The notes: generated from the letters alone by a model not told the origin. Numbered from the stretch's first letter, positions 18,136 to 27,339 are shown. The stretch: 64,000 nt of DNA from an uncultured Pseudomonadota bacterium (GCA_964491895.1 CAZBHK010000002.1:79660-143659), one strand, 5' to 3'. Translations and numbers: made by a program.

Positions 18136-18918
18136 TTAGTATCCATTCAAATTTAAAGCAACAAGCAAGCGTTTCAATTGTGTTTTGATTACATAAAAAA
18201 TTGGCTTGGAAACTACTGTTCGTTTTTTATAAATTTCTAATGCCTGTTCTAAACTCTTACCATCTCTAATCTTCCACCATTCATTAACAAATTTGTTTAT
18301 CTTAGGACTAGCCATTCTTACATGACCATGCTTAAGTCTATATTCTTTTTTACCCCTTTTAAGAATATAGTCAGTAGTTTGTATATTATTTTTTAAAAAC
18401 TCACGTTCCATAACAAATAAAGCACAAAATAAGCTTGTCCTATCAGCTCCAAACTGACAATTTACCTTTATTGGAATCTTTCTTCCTATATCATCCTTAG
18501 TTGAAGCCTTAGAATCAAAAACATACTTAAGAGGATTTTTCTGAACATCCTCTGCATTATTTATGACACCCTTAGGATTATGGATAACAGCAAGCATAAT
18601 AAGCAGGGAATGTAATGATGGATATCTACTTTTACTAGTTTGAGCACAAATAAAAGTTGCACCTGTCTCATCTGCTGCTTTTTTTTGTTGCTCCCACCAC
18701 GAAACATTAGGATATGCGCCACGTAACCCTAATATTATTTTTATACCTTTGGCTTGTATATATTTCTTTTCTTTTTGATAGCCAAGTTGTCTAGATCTAT
18801 ATAGTTCATAACCATCTACCTTATGAAAATTATCCTTGATCCTATCTAAAATCGATGGAAACCCACCAGCATCAAACGTATTAAATAAAAATAATATTAA
18901 AAACCATTTTTTACGCAT
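18136..18918 (-). CDS. Secreted Cys-based phosphatase-like protein (CX5R, PTP/atypical DSP-like)
   Basis: Signal peptide MRKKWFLILFLFNTFDAGG. The N-terminal pattern is FHKVDGYELYRSRQL ... GIKIILGLRG. The P-loop-like motif is VNCQFGADRTS (C-x5-R-T/S). Confidence 0.55.
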   Translation of the reverse strand: MRKKWFLILFLFNTFDAGGFPSILDRIKDNFHKVDGYELYRSRQLGYQKEKKYIQAKGIKIILGLRGAYPNVSWWEQQKKAADETGATFICAQTSKSRYPSLHSLLIMLAVIHNPKGVINNAEDVQKNPLKYVFDSKASTKDDIGRKIPIKVNCQFGADRTSLFCALFVMEREFLKNNIQTTDYILKRGKKEYRLKHGHVRMASPKINKFVNEWWKIRDGKSLEQALEIYKKRTVVSKPIFYVIKTQLKRLLVALNLNGY

Positions 18919-19018
18919 AAAATAGCCCCTCTTTTCTTATAGAATACTATTTAGAAGAACCCTATCACAAGTAAATTCTTCCTTTTCCAATTGTTTCTGG
19001 TAGAATCAAAGGGAATAT

Positions 19019-19094
19019 GGGTTGCTAGCTCAATTGGTAGAGCAACAGACTCTTAATCTGCAGGTTCTGGGTTCGAGTCCCAGGCGACCCACCA
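19019..19094 (+). tRNA. tRNA-Lys (anticodon CUU), CCA encoded
   Basis: Hand-folded cloverleaf. Acceptor gggttgc/gcgaccc, D arm gctc-aattggta-gagc, anticodon loop ctCTTaa, T arm ctggg-ttcgagt-cccag, then ACCA. Confidence 0.9.
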
Positions 19095-19181
19095 GCAAGG
19101 ATGGCGGAACTGGTAGACGCACTGGCCTTAGGAGCCAGCGGAATAAAATCCATGGGGGTTCGAGTCCCCCTCCTTGCACCA
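19095..19181 (+). tRNA. tRNA-Leu (anticodon UAG), long variable arm, CCA encoded
   Basis: Acceptor gcaagga/tccttgc, anticodon stem ctggc/gccag with loop ctTAGga, long variable arm, T arm ggggg-ttcgagt-ccccc. It starts at the nucleotide right after the CCA of tRNA-Lys. Confidence 0.9.
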
Positions 19182-19258
19182 AAAAAATTATTTAAATTCT
19201 GGCTATATTTTTTATACATGATTATGCTTTACACAGATCTTAAAAAGGAGAACTGTGT

Positions 19259-20563
19259 ATGCGCCTTACTGAGCATAATCATGAAAAAGATTTCATATTT
19301 AAAATAGATAAAATATCTTCTCATCTGGCAAAAGCTATAATAGAAATAAATCCTAAAACAGTAGAGGCCATACGAAGCCAAGTTATTACTCTTTATAAAA
19401 ATAGAATCTCTAAAAATGGATTCCAAAATATTCCAACACTATACTTAGAAGAAAATTATAAAAATGAAATTAATTCTTCTTTAAAAAGCTTTCTACTTCG
19501 TTATTACGTACTAGATTTTTTAATGAATGAAATTGCCTCTCACCATATTTCTATTGCTAACCATCCAAGATTAAGCCACATAGAAATCAGCAATGATCTT
19601 AGAGCAGTTTATAGCTTTGATCTTTCTATAACCGCCCCAATAAATATTAGAGAATGGAAACATTTCTCATTCAAATCACCAAAACGAAAAAATTATAAAG
19701 ATCTTGATAAACAAGTATCTTCATTTATTAAACAAGAACATGAACTCTGTAAAAAACATAAAGAAGGTATTATAGAAAGCGGAGACTGGATATGTTTTGA
19801 TGCAATACTTGTAGATCAAACAGGTAAACCTGTAATAAAGGAATATAAAAATAATCTTTGGCTAAGAATAAATATTGATACATTAACAGATCCATTTATA
19901 GAATCATTTTTAGGGAAAAAAGTTAGTGATTCATTTCTAACAAATCAACTTTCTTTATATGAAAACTTTGAAGATGAAACAAGTGGTAAACATTATTTTT
20001 TTATAACAATCTTCTCTCATATCAAAGGCTCTTACTGCAATCTAGACATCTTTAAATCTATGTTTAGGTTAAAAAATAAATCTGATATACACGAAAAATT
20101 AGTAGAGGTTTTCTCATATAGAAATGATATCTCACAACGTAAATCAATTATTGAAGAAATGTTTAATTTATTCTTTTCAAAGCATCGATTCGAAATTCCT
20201 AAGCATTTAATAATCAGAAAACAAGAAGAAATTCTTCACTCTCTTAAACAGAAACCTGACTATCAAGTTTATAAATTACAAAAAAACTTTAATGATCAAG
20301 TAGCTGTATTAGCAGAAAAATATTTAAAAGAAGAAGTATTAATAGATCAACTTGCCTATCATGAAAATATCAAAACCGATATTAAAGATATCCAAAATTA
20401 TTTAAACTTATTCTCAAATCAACGCCTTAGAGAGTTTGTATATTTCAAACCTTCATACGATACATTTGAAGAATCAGGTGTCCCTATTCATAATAGTATC
20501 TTAAAACATTTTTGCCGTAGAGAAAAAACATTAAATCATGTACTATACCATTTAATGCGCTAA
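19259..20563 (+). CDS. tig: Trigger factor-like chaperone (divergent)
   Basis: AAGGAG SD. The N-terminal ribosome-binding-like region is ISKNGFQNIPTLYLEENY (compare GFRKGKVP). The FKBP-like middle is GDWICFDAILVDQTGKPV ... PFIESFLGKKVSD. The C-terminal arm is helical. Size (434 aa) fits trigger factor. Confidence 0.65.
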   Translation: MRLTEHNHEKDFIFKIDKISSHLAKAIIEINPKTVEAIRSQVITLYKNRISKNGFQNIPTLYLEENYKNEINSSLKSFLLRYYVLDFLMNEIASHHISIANHPRLSHIEISNDLRAVYSFDLSITAPINIREWKHFSFKSPKRKNYKDLDKQVSSFIKQEHELCKKHKEGIIESGDWICFDAILVDQTGKPVIKEYKNNLWLRINIDTLTDPFIESFLGKKVSDSFLTNQLSLYENFEDETSGKHYFFITIFSHIKGSYCNLDIFKSMFRLKNKSDIHEKLVEVFSYRNDISQRKSIIEEMFNLFFSKHRFEIPKHLIIRKQEEILHSLKQKPDYQVYKLQKNFNDQVAVLAEKYLKEEVLIDQLAYHENIKTDIKDIQNYLNLFSNQRLREFVYFKPSYDTFEESGVPIHNSILKHFCRREKTLNHVLYHLMR

Positions 20564-20583
20564 CACTTTTATAAAAAAGGTTT

Positions 20584-21504
20584 TTGAAAATGGTACATAA
20601 AGTTATAATAATCGGCTCTGGACCAGCTGGTCTAACTGCCGGTATCTATACGGCTAGAGCAAAAATGCAACCTCTAATAATAAATGGTAGAGTTCCTGGT
20701 GGTCAGCTAACAACAACAACTTATGTTGAAAACTGGCCTGGAGATATTAGCATTCTTGGACCACAACTAATGCAAAGAATCCAAAAACATGCTATTCATT
20801 ATGGAGCCAGTATACTCGATGATATTGTAACAAAAGTTGATTTTTCAAAAAAACCTTACAATATCTTTACAGAAACAGGAAAAACTCTACAAACAGAATC
20901 CATTATTATTGCTACAGGCGCCTCTCATAAAAAATTAAATATCCCAGGTGAACAAGAATACTGGGGTAAAGGCGTTACCACTTGTGCAACTTGTGACGCT
21001 CCTTTTTATCAAGACAAAGAAGTTATAATAGCTGGTGGTGGTAATACAGCCATGACAGAAGCCTCTTTTTTAACCAATTTTGCTAAAAAAGTAACCCTAA
21101 TCCAAATCTTAGATAATATTTCCGCCACCGATCCTATTAAGGATACAGTCTTAAATCATCCTAAGGTTGAAATTATTTTAAGCAGCGCAATTAAAGAAAT
21201 TAAAGGTGATAACCAAAAAGTTACTGCCGTCATCATAGAAAACCAAAAAACAAAACAAATCTCTTCTATCAAAACTGATGGCGTATTTGTTGCGATTGGA
21301 TTCAAACCAAATACTGATATTTTTAAAAATCAATTAAAAATGAATTCATTTGGATATTTAGAACTCAGTAATACAACACATACTAATAAGGAAGGCATCT
21401 TTGCTGCAGGTGATGTGTCAGATTATAATTACATGCAAGCTATAACTGCTGCAGGGTTAGGATGCATGGCTGCACTAGATTGCCAATCCTATTTAAATAT
21501 ATAA
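20584..21504 (+). CDS. trxB: Thioredoxin-disulfide reductase
   Basis: FAD motif IIIGSGPAGLTAG, redox-active CATCDA, NADPH motif IAGGGNTAMTEA, and C-terminal GIFAAGDV. The track start is TTG; the ATG at 20590 is an alternative. Confidence 0.92.
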   Translation: MKMVHKVIIIGSGPAGLTAGIYTARAKMQPLIINGRVPGGQLTTTTYVENWPGDISILGPQLMQRIQKHAIHYGASILDDIVTKVDFSKKPYNIFTETGKTLQTESIIIATGASHKKLNIPGEQEYWGKGVTTCATCDAPFYQDKEVIIAGGGNTAMTEASFLTNFAKKVTLIQILDNISATDPIKDTVLNHPKVEIILSSAIKEIKGDNQKVTAVIIENQKTKQISSIKTDGVFVAIGFKPNTDIFKNQLKMNSFGYLELSNTTHTNKEGIFAAGDVSDYNYMQAITAAGLGCMAALDCQSYLNI

Positions 21505-21529
21505 AATACTTGATTTAGTAATATTTAAT

Positions 21530-21567
21530 ACCTCATAATTTTTAAAATATATTTTAAATTATGAGGT
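21530..21567 (+). terminator. Long AT-rich hairpin between trxB and the 1186-aa ORF; the 3' arm contains the downstream SD
   Basis: Perfect 12-bp arms, acctcataattt (21530-21541) and aaattatgaggt (21556-21567). The GAGG at 21563-21566 lies 5 nt upstream of the ATG at 21572. Confidence 0.4.
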
Positions 21568-21571
21568 TATT

Positions 21572-24500
21572 ATGAAAAAAATTTTATATATTGGTTTGTT
21601 ATTTCTCTTACAACCAATAACTTATGCTATCGTTTTAACTTTAGATGATCTTAAAGATTCAGCTAAAGTTATTGCTGCATATCAAAGCAATAAGGTTGAA
21701 GTACAAATCGAACAGCTAAGTCAACTTAGTGGGAAAAAAACAATAGAAGTTAAAGGCACAGTAGACGTAACCAATAAAACATACTCCTTATACTCTGAAG
21801 TCTTCCCAGCATTTATTGCTGGTCCTGTAAATATGTCAAAAATAAAGCTCATCATAACTGAAAAAGGATACCACTTAGAAGGTAATGTTACAGTATTTAA
21901 TCAACCAGGAATAATGAGCGTTGATAAGCTCACCCCAACTGAAGCAACTTTAAAAATGAGTTTTGATAAATTAAACCTCAACCTTACTCCTTGGCTTCAA
22001 GTAGGTATCAATAACATGAACTTAAAGTTTACTCAAGGACAACCACCAATTATATATGTAGAAGTATATCTTTTCAATAAAAACCTAATTCTAACTTTTG
22101 AAAAAATTAATAATATTCCATCCATAATAATATCAACAGATACATTAGGGCTAGAAGATCTAGTTCCCGATCTACCCGATGATGTAGCTAATAAAGTAAG
22201 ACTACTAGATTTAAAATTAACAATTGCAAATTATCAATCAAATCTCAAAGATCCTGTAAAACTTACACTTAATGGCTTTATTGATTTAACAGCCTTTGAT
22301 CTACCAATAGATAATATCTCAAAACTAGCCCTTCAAGGAGAATTAACAAGCACATCAATAAAACTAATCGCTACACTTAAAAGTCAATTTAATTTTGAAG
22401 ATGTTGGTAATATTACAGATCCCAAAATACAACTTTTATTAACCTTAAACCCTGGTAAGGTAGTTACAAAAATAATAGAAACTACTTTATATAAAAAAAA
22501 ATCAAATAATGCTATTTTCACTTCAAAATTAAGCCTTATGGGAAAACTCAATTTTAATATTCCAGAAATAGGAATCCTTCCAATTGATCTTGATGCATCT
22601 TACTCCAAACCAATAAAGCGCGGTAATGGCACATTTTCATTAGCCGGCAAAGTAGCAAAACCTATAACCTTCAAAGATATAACAATTAAAAATGTTGAAG
22701 TATCTAGTTTATTTAATAAAACTTCATTTAAGGGAGATTCCATAATCACCTTTGGTGACAAATCTTATGAAGCTAGTGTAAGTCTTAACGTAATAAACAA
22801 CTTTAAACCTTCTGCACCTAACCCAGAAATAAACAGTAAAGATACAACCGAGAAACCTGTCGATACAACCGAGAAACCTGTCAAAGAAGAAGAATCTTCA
22901 TCTCAAGCTAATAAAAGCAAACGACTATTTACTGTGAATCTTGAAGGAAAACTCAAACTAGATAGTATTACACCTTTCCCACAAGTTCCAGGACTAGAGC
23001 AAATTACCATTCGAGAACTTGGCATAGTACTTATTTCAGAAACAATAAAAATTAAAAATAAATCGATAGAAAATAATTACATAAGCCTAATAGGTAAATC
23101 AAGAATCCTAAATACAGATGTCAAGACAACTTTACGAATAGCTAATGTTGATAATAAAACAGGCGTTATATTAGAGGCAATGGTTGAACCCGGATGGAAA
23201 ATATCAGACTCCTTCCCTCAACTAAGAGGTACCGAAGTAGAAAAAATTACATTTGAAGGGGTAGGCTTTATAGCTTCATCAATCGACTTAACTGATCCAA
23301 AAAGAAAGATAAAAATTCAACGGGGGCTAGGATTATTCGCCAAAGTTAAATTGACAGGTAATCTTGAAAATATATCTAAACTTGTAAAAATAAGCGAATT
23401 AGAAGCATATGGAGTTATTGGAGGTCCAAACATAATTACTCTAAAAGCTGGTATTCAAGGTAAATTAGGTACAGATACTATTAGTTTATCCGGATTAAAT
23501 TTGGAAATTTCAGGACAACCATCTATCGCTATACTTTGTTCAATTACTGTAAAACCTTCCATAAAAGATGAACCACTTCTATTTACAGGCCGACTTGGTC
23601 CAACCCTTACAGGTTTCTTAATGGCCGGAACAATGGAAGGTACATGGAATGATCCATTTGGAGTAAAAAATTTACAAATTGGCAACCTAGCAATTCAAGG
23701 TCAAATTTCTTGGGCTGGAGTTCCTTCCGCCGCAGGTATAGCTGGAACCCTAGTAATAGGAGAAAAAAGCTTTGAAATGGCAGCAGCTTTTGGTGCTGAT
23801 CCTAGACAAACAATCTTAAGAGGTAAAGCTAACGCTCTAACATTAAAAGATTTTACAGATTTAGCCAATAAGATGGGAGCAAAAATCAGTATAGATACAC
23901 TACCAAATTTAGGATTTAGAGATGTAGAAATCCAAGTAGCTGCAACTCAAATTAAAATAGGTGAACTAACATATGATGAAGGTCTAACCTTCAAAGGTAA
24001 AATATTAATATACAATTGGGATGGTATAGCCAATGTTTCTGTGAGTTCCAATGGTATTATCCTAGAGGGAGCCTTAAAGGCATTTAAACTAGGTACTTTC
24101 TTCTCAGCTACAGGTGCCGGACCAGACAAGATCAAAGGAACTCCTGATGACGGACCATTAATAAGCTTAAAAGCAACTACTGGTGATCTACCAAGCTTCT
24201 TCCTCTCAGCAGAGGCTAACTTCCTAGGAATAAATGGTGATATAAGAGCAGATATTTCAAAAGATGCTCTATCATTCTCAATGGATGGTAAAATATTCAA
24301 TGTCTTTGAAAGTGGAATTACAGTCAATTCTGTAGTAAATAATTTAGGCATACCTAGCGATTTACTATTCGTAGCTAGTTTAAAAGCAGACTTTCAAACA
24401 GTGCTCCTAGGCAAAGTAAAAGGACTTATACAAGCTCTAGCTGATGAAGCAACTAAAACACAAACAAAAATCAACAACTTACAACAAGAGATTAACACCT

Positions 24501-25132
24501 TAACTACACAAATCCAAAAAGAACGCGAATCAGGAATAAACACTCTCAATAATGCAAAACAAAAATTAGATACTATAAATAGTAACATTAGTATTAACAA
24601 CTCCAAGATCAAATCTCTAAAAAATTCCATAAGTTCTGCTGAAAATTGGATTAAGCAAAACTGGATTCAAGTACAAGCTGCTGCCGCCAAAGGCGCAAGT
24701 ATAGTAAAATGGAAAGCTGAAATAGTAGGACTTCAAGGTGCAAATACAACTCAAGCAGGCTATAAAATAGTAGCCGAAAATGCTTTAGATGCTGCCAAGA
24801 AACTAGTAGCAAATACTCCTATAGAACTAGATCCTAGATTAGTTAAAAAATTCGCAGATAAAAAAGCGCTAGAAATTTATTTAATTCCTTTCAACACAGC
24901 CCTAGAAATTAATAATACACTTAGCGAGATTAAGTTAATAAAGGGAACAATCAGTGGTAGCGCTGAAGGACTGGGCAAGGGTAAAAACCCTATACTGGCC
25001 GCAACATTCAGTTATAAAGGCCAAACCTTCTCAATAAGTGTAAACTTTGACCCTGCACACTTTGACCAAACTATGGCTGATATAGCTGCCCAAGTTAAAG
25101 ATCAAGTAATAAAGCTACATCAAAAGAAATAG
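21572..25132 (+). CDS. Large secreted/surface protein of unknown function (1186 aa), beta-rich with C-terminal coiled coil
   Basis: Signal peptide MKKILYIGLLFLLQPITYA. A long low-cysteine region is rich in N/K/T/I/G. There is a DTTEKPV x2 repeat. The coiled-coil segment is TKTQTKINNLQQEINTLTTQIQKERESGINTLNNAKQKLDTINSN. Confidence 0.6.
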   Translation: MKKILYIGLLFLLQPITYAIVLTLDDLKDSAKVIAAYQSNKVEVQIEQLSQLSGKKTIEVKGTVDVTNKTYSLYSEVFPAFIAGPVNMSKIKLIITEKGYHLEGNVTVFNQPGIMSVDKLTPTEATLKMSFDKLNLNLTPWLQVGINNMNLKFTQGQPPIIYVEVYLFNKNLILTFEKINNIPSIIISTDTLGLEDLVPDLPDDVANKVRLLDLKLTIANYQSNLKDPVKLTLNGFIDLTAFDLPIDNISKLALQGELTSTSIKLIATLKSQFNFEDVGNITDPKIQLLLTLNPGKVVTKIIETTLYKKKSNNAIFTSKLSLMGKLNFNIPEIGILPIDLDASYSKPIKRGNGTFSLAGKVAKPITFKDITIKNVEVSSLFNKTSFKGDSIITFGDKSYEASVSLNVINNFKPSAPNPEINSKDTTEKPVDTTEKPVKEEESSSQANKSKRLFTVNLEGKLKLDSITPFPQVPGLEQITIRELGIVLISETIKIKNKSIENNYISLIGKSRILNTDVKTTLRIANVDNKTGVILEAMVEPGWKISDSFPQLRGTEVEKITFEGVGFIASSIDLTDPKRKIKIQRGLGLFAKVKLTGNLENISKLVKISELEAYGVIGGPNIITLKAGIQGKLGTDTISLSGLNLEISGQPSIAILCSITVKPSIKDEPLLFTGRLGPTLTGFLMAGTMEGTWNDPFGVKNLQIGNLAIQGQISWAGVPSAAGIAGTLVIGEKSFEMAAAFGADPRQTILRGKANALTLKDFTDLANKMGAKISIDTLPNLGFRDVEIQVAATQIKIGELTYDEGLTFKGKILIYNWDGIANVSVSSNGIILEGALKAFKLGTFFSATGAGPDKIKGTPDDGPLISLKATTGDLPSFFLSAEANFLGINGDIRADISKDALSFSMDGKIFNVFESGITVNSVVNNLGIPSDLLFVASLKADFQTVLLGKVKGLIQALADEATKTQTKINNLQQEINTLTTQIQKERESGINTLNNAKQKLDTINSNISINNSKIKSLKNSISSAENWIKQNWIQVQAAAAKGASIVKWKAEIVGLQGANTTQAGYKIVAENALDAAKKLVANTPIELDPRLVKKFADKKALEIYLIPFNTALEINNTLSEIKLIKGTISGSAEGLGKGKNPILAATFSYKGQTFSISVNFDPAHFDQTMADIAAQVKDQVIKLHQKK
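22841..22882 (+). repeat. Perfect 2 x 21-bp in-frame tandem repeat (DTTEKPV x2)
   Basis: gatacaaccgagaaacctgtc occurs at 22841-22861 and again at 22862-22882. Confidence 0.95.
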
Positions 25133-25140
25133 TTTTTATA

Positions 25141-25164
25141 GAGGGGCCTAAAAATAGGCCCCTC
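25141..25164 (+). terminator. GC-rich terminator hairpin after the 1186-aa ORF
   Basis: gaggggcc (25141-25148) pairs with ggcccctc (25157-25164) around an A/T loop. It lies 9 nt after the stop codon. No clean T-tract follows. Confidence 0.6.
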
Positions 25165-25168
25165 ATAC

Positions 25169-25197
25169 TTGCATGATCCTACTTTATCCGCTAAAAT
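25169..25197 (+). promoter_or_regulatory. Candidate sigma70-type promoter for rpmH-rnpA-yidD
   Basis: TTGCAT (25169-25174), a 17-nt spacer, then TAAAAT (25192-25197). AGGA SD at 25228-25231. Confidence 0.4.
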
Positions 25198-25239
25198 ACT
25201 AATTGATTGTAACATTACAAATAATATCAGGAATGCTAT

Positions 25240-25389
25240 ATGTCAATTACATTTAAACCAAGTAGAATAAAAAGAGCTAGAAAACACGGTTTTAGAAAAC
25301 GAATGGCTACCAAAGATGGTAGAAGAATTATCAACAAAAGAAGAGCTAAAGGCCGTAAAAAATTAACGGTTAAAATTAGCGGTAAATGA
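25240..25389 (+). CDS. rpmH: 50S ribosomal protein L34
   Basis: Hand translation [49 protein letters not shown] matches the L34 consensus. Below the size cut-off of the ORF track. Confidence 0.95.
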   Translation: MSITFKPSRIKRARKHGFRKRMATKDGRRIINKRRAKGRKKLTVKISGK

Positions 25390-25706
25390 TTAAATTTCGA
25401 CAGCTATTCTCATTTACCAAAAAAGAAATAGATGAGTGCCTTTCTAAGGCTAAACGTAAAATCACAAAGCCAGAATTTAGGCTTCTTTTTTTACCTAAAA
25501 CTGAAGCCCCTGGTAAACTTCTCATAGTCATCCCAAAAGCTAGCGGTAAAGCCCATAAACGTAATAAAATACGACGTCAAATAAAGTCCATCTTCTACGA
25601 AGAAAAACTCTATCAAAATCCAGGAGTCTGGATACTCATTGTATATAAGAAAGCAATGGAACTATCTTTTAATGATATTAAGCAATTCTTACAAGTAATC
25701 CATTAA
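25386..25706 (+). CDS. rnpA: RNase P protein component
   Basis: ATGA overlap with the rpmH stop. RNR-like basic motif [14 protein letters not shown]. Canonical position after rpmH. Confidence 0.8.
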   Translation: MIKFRQLFSFTKKEIDECLSKAKRKITKPEFRLLFLPKTEAPGKLLIVIPKASGKAHKRNKIRRQIKSIFYEEKLYQNPGVWILIVYKKAMELSFNDIKQFLQVIH

Positions 25707-25720
25707 GGAATTATTATTAA

Positions 25721-25948
25721 ATGCTTACTATATCCAAAAAATTTTTAGACTTCATAACACCTTTATATAAAGCAATCCGCTCAACCCTAGGTTATTGGGA
25801 TGTATGCATATACCCTGTTAGTTGTGGCCGTTATGCAAGATATACTCTACAAAATAAAAATATATTTATAGCCTTGCCATTAATAATACTTAGAGTATTA
25901 AGCTGTAACCCTATCACGGGAATAATCAGAAGTCGTTTTATCAAATAA
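25721..25948 (+). CDS. yidD: Membrane protein insertion efficiency factor YidD-like
   Basis: Conserved Cys pattern CIYPVSCGRYARY ... RVLSCNP. Canonical position after rnpA. Confidence 0.7.
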   Translation: MLTISKKFLDFITPLYKAIRSTLGYWDVCIYPVSCGRYARYTLQNKNIFIALPLIILRVLSCNPITGIIRSRFIK

Positions 25949-26103
25949 ATACAGTACAATAGTAACTATTATGATTAACCACTATAAATTACTTAAAATA
26001 GAAGTAACCAAATACTAATTAATCTTTTAAATCAACATAGGAAATATTTAATTTACTATTGTAAACAAAGGCTTTTTTTACTACAATTCTAAAAAGGGAT
26101 GTA

Positions 26104-27339
26104 ATGAAAAAAGTTTTTGTTTTAATTATTTCTATTTTTTCCAATAATATATTTGCCTTAAATCTATCTTTAGAAAAGGCTTTAGATATAGCTTATAAAA
26201 ATAAACCCAGTCTAAAAGCTCTCGCATACCAAACTAAAACAAATAAATTTAATCAAATTGAAAAATTAAATGGATATTTACCACAAATCAATTTAACTGC
26301 TGGTTTTTCAACAAAAAGTCATCAACAAGGACTTGGTGGTACTTATACAGTCCAAGGTAGCCAATTAGTTTACAGCTTTACTGGACCAGTTGAGCTTTAT
26401 AAAATTGCTCAACAAGACACAGAATTTTCTCAAATTGCAGAACAAATACATAGAGATCTTATTCGTAATCAAGTTGAAGTAACATTTTTTAATAGCTGGT
26501 TACTACAAGAACGAATCAAATATATAAAAAGTTTAAAAAAATCTTCCATTGAAGTTTTCGCTCTAAATAAAAAACAAAAAGAGCTAGGATTTCTCAGCAA
26601 AGATCAATGGTTATCAAGTAAAGTAGCATTTGATAATGATACATACAAAATAGATTCCTATATTAATGCTTTCAATAACTCGTTAGCAGATTTAGCAACT
26701 GTATTAGGTATAGAAATAAAAGAAGATATCAATTTACTCTGGACTCCAAGTATTAATCTAAAATATGAAACTTTAGACTCTTATATCTCACTAGCATCAA
26801 AAAATAGAAAAGAACTGATAGCTAAAGATAAAGAAATAAAAAAAAGCTCTTTAGAAAAATCATTTTACCAAAAACAATATCTACCATCTCTATATGTTAA
26901 TGGTACTCTTGCAAAGGTAACAAGCTCTGTTATTAAATATCCTAAAGAATTAGGAGTCAGTCTTAATTGGTCATTTGACGGACTTTCCAACCAAATCAAA
27001 AGTAAAACCGCAGATACTAAAAGAATACGGTTATTAATGGAAAAAAGTGATTTATATCAACAAATTCGTAAAGAAGTAACACAAGCATATAACAACCTAG
27101 AAATATCAACTAAAAATCTCAAATCACAACAAACTATATATGAGAAAGAGGATAATAAATACTCTCTAGAAAATACTCAATATAAAATTGGTAATATAAG
27201 CAAACCACAACTAGAACAAGCTAAAAGTAACTGGGAACTAGCTAAATTAAACATACTAGAAAGTAATGTTGATTTATCTATTAAAAAAAGTTATTTGCTT
27301 TTCGTATGTGGATATCCGGGTAATAAAAATGAATTTTAA
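26104..27339 (+). CDS. TolC-family outer membrane efflux protein
   Basis: Signal peptide, the typical opening LSLEKALDIAYKNKPSLKA, two-repeat helical/beta architecture, and a position upstream of MacA/MacB-like genes. Confidence 0.65.
   Translation: MKKVFVLIISIFSNNIFALNLSLEKALDIAYKNKPSLKALAYQTKTNKFNQIEKLNGYLPQINLTAGFSTKSHQQGLGGTYTVQGSQLVYSFTGPVELYKIAQQDTEFSQIAEQIHRDLIRNQVEVTFFNSWLLQERIKYIKSLKKSSIEVFALNKKQKELGFLSKDQWLSSKVAFDNDTYKIDSYINAFNNSLADLATVLGIEIKEDINLLWTPSINLKYETLDSYISLASKNRKELIAKDKEIKKSSLEKSFYQKQYLPSLYVNGTLAKVTSSVIKYPKELGVSLNWSFDGLSNQIKSKTADTKRIRLLMEKSDLYQQIRKEVTQAYNNLEISTKNLKSQQTIYEKEDNKYSLENTQYKIGNISKPQLEQAKSNWELAKLNILESNVDLSIKKSYLLFVCGYPGNKNEF

Noticed and set aside
19025-19426. 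Track ORFs 19025-19219 (-), 19101-19307 (+) and 19229-19426 (-).
   Set aside because: They overlap the tRNA-Lys/tRNA-Leu genes and the SD/start of the trigger-factor-like gene. The GC-rich tRNA sequence creates spurious open frames.
23455-24630. Antisense track ORFs inside large genes: three within the 1186-aa gene (23455-23685, 23947-24351, 24394-24630), plus similar ones at 27274-27489, 28102-28521, 28776-29160, 33721-33903, 38065-38286, 38425-38622, 39758-40122, 40244-40519, 41085-41330, 43177-43940, 50269-50586, 53284-53469, 54372-54836, 55251-55433, 55603-55890, 57639-58172, 58870-59259, 59582-60253, 60312-60641 and 62457-62690.
   Set aside because: All are embedded opposite or out of frame to better-supported CDS, and none has a recognisable motif.
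25133-26103. Possible replication origin near rpmH-rnpA-yidD.
   Set aside because: I looked for clustered DnaA boxes (TTATCCACA-like) and an adjacent dnaA gene. I saw only isolated partial matches elsewhere (for example tatatccaca near 12772) and no dnaA in the window.
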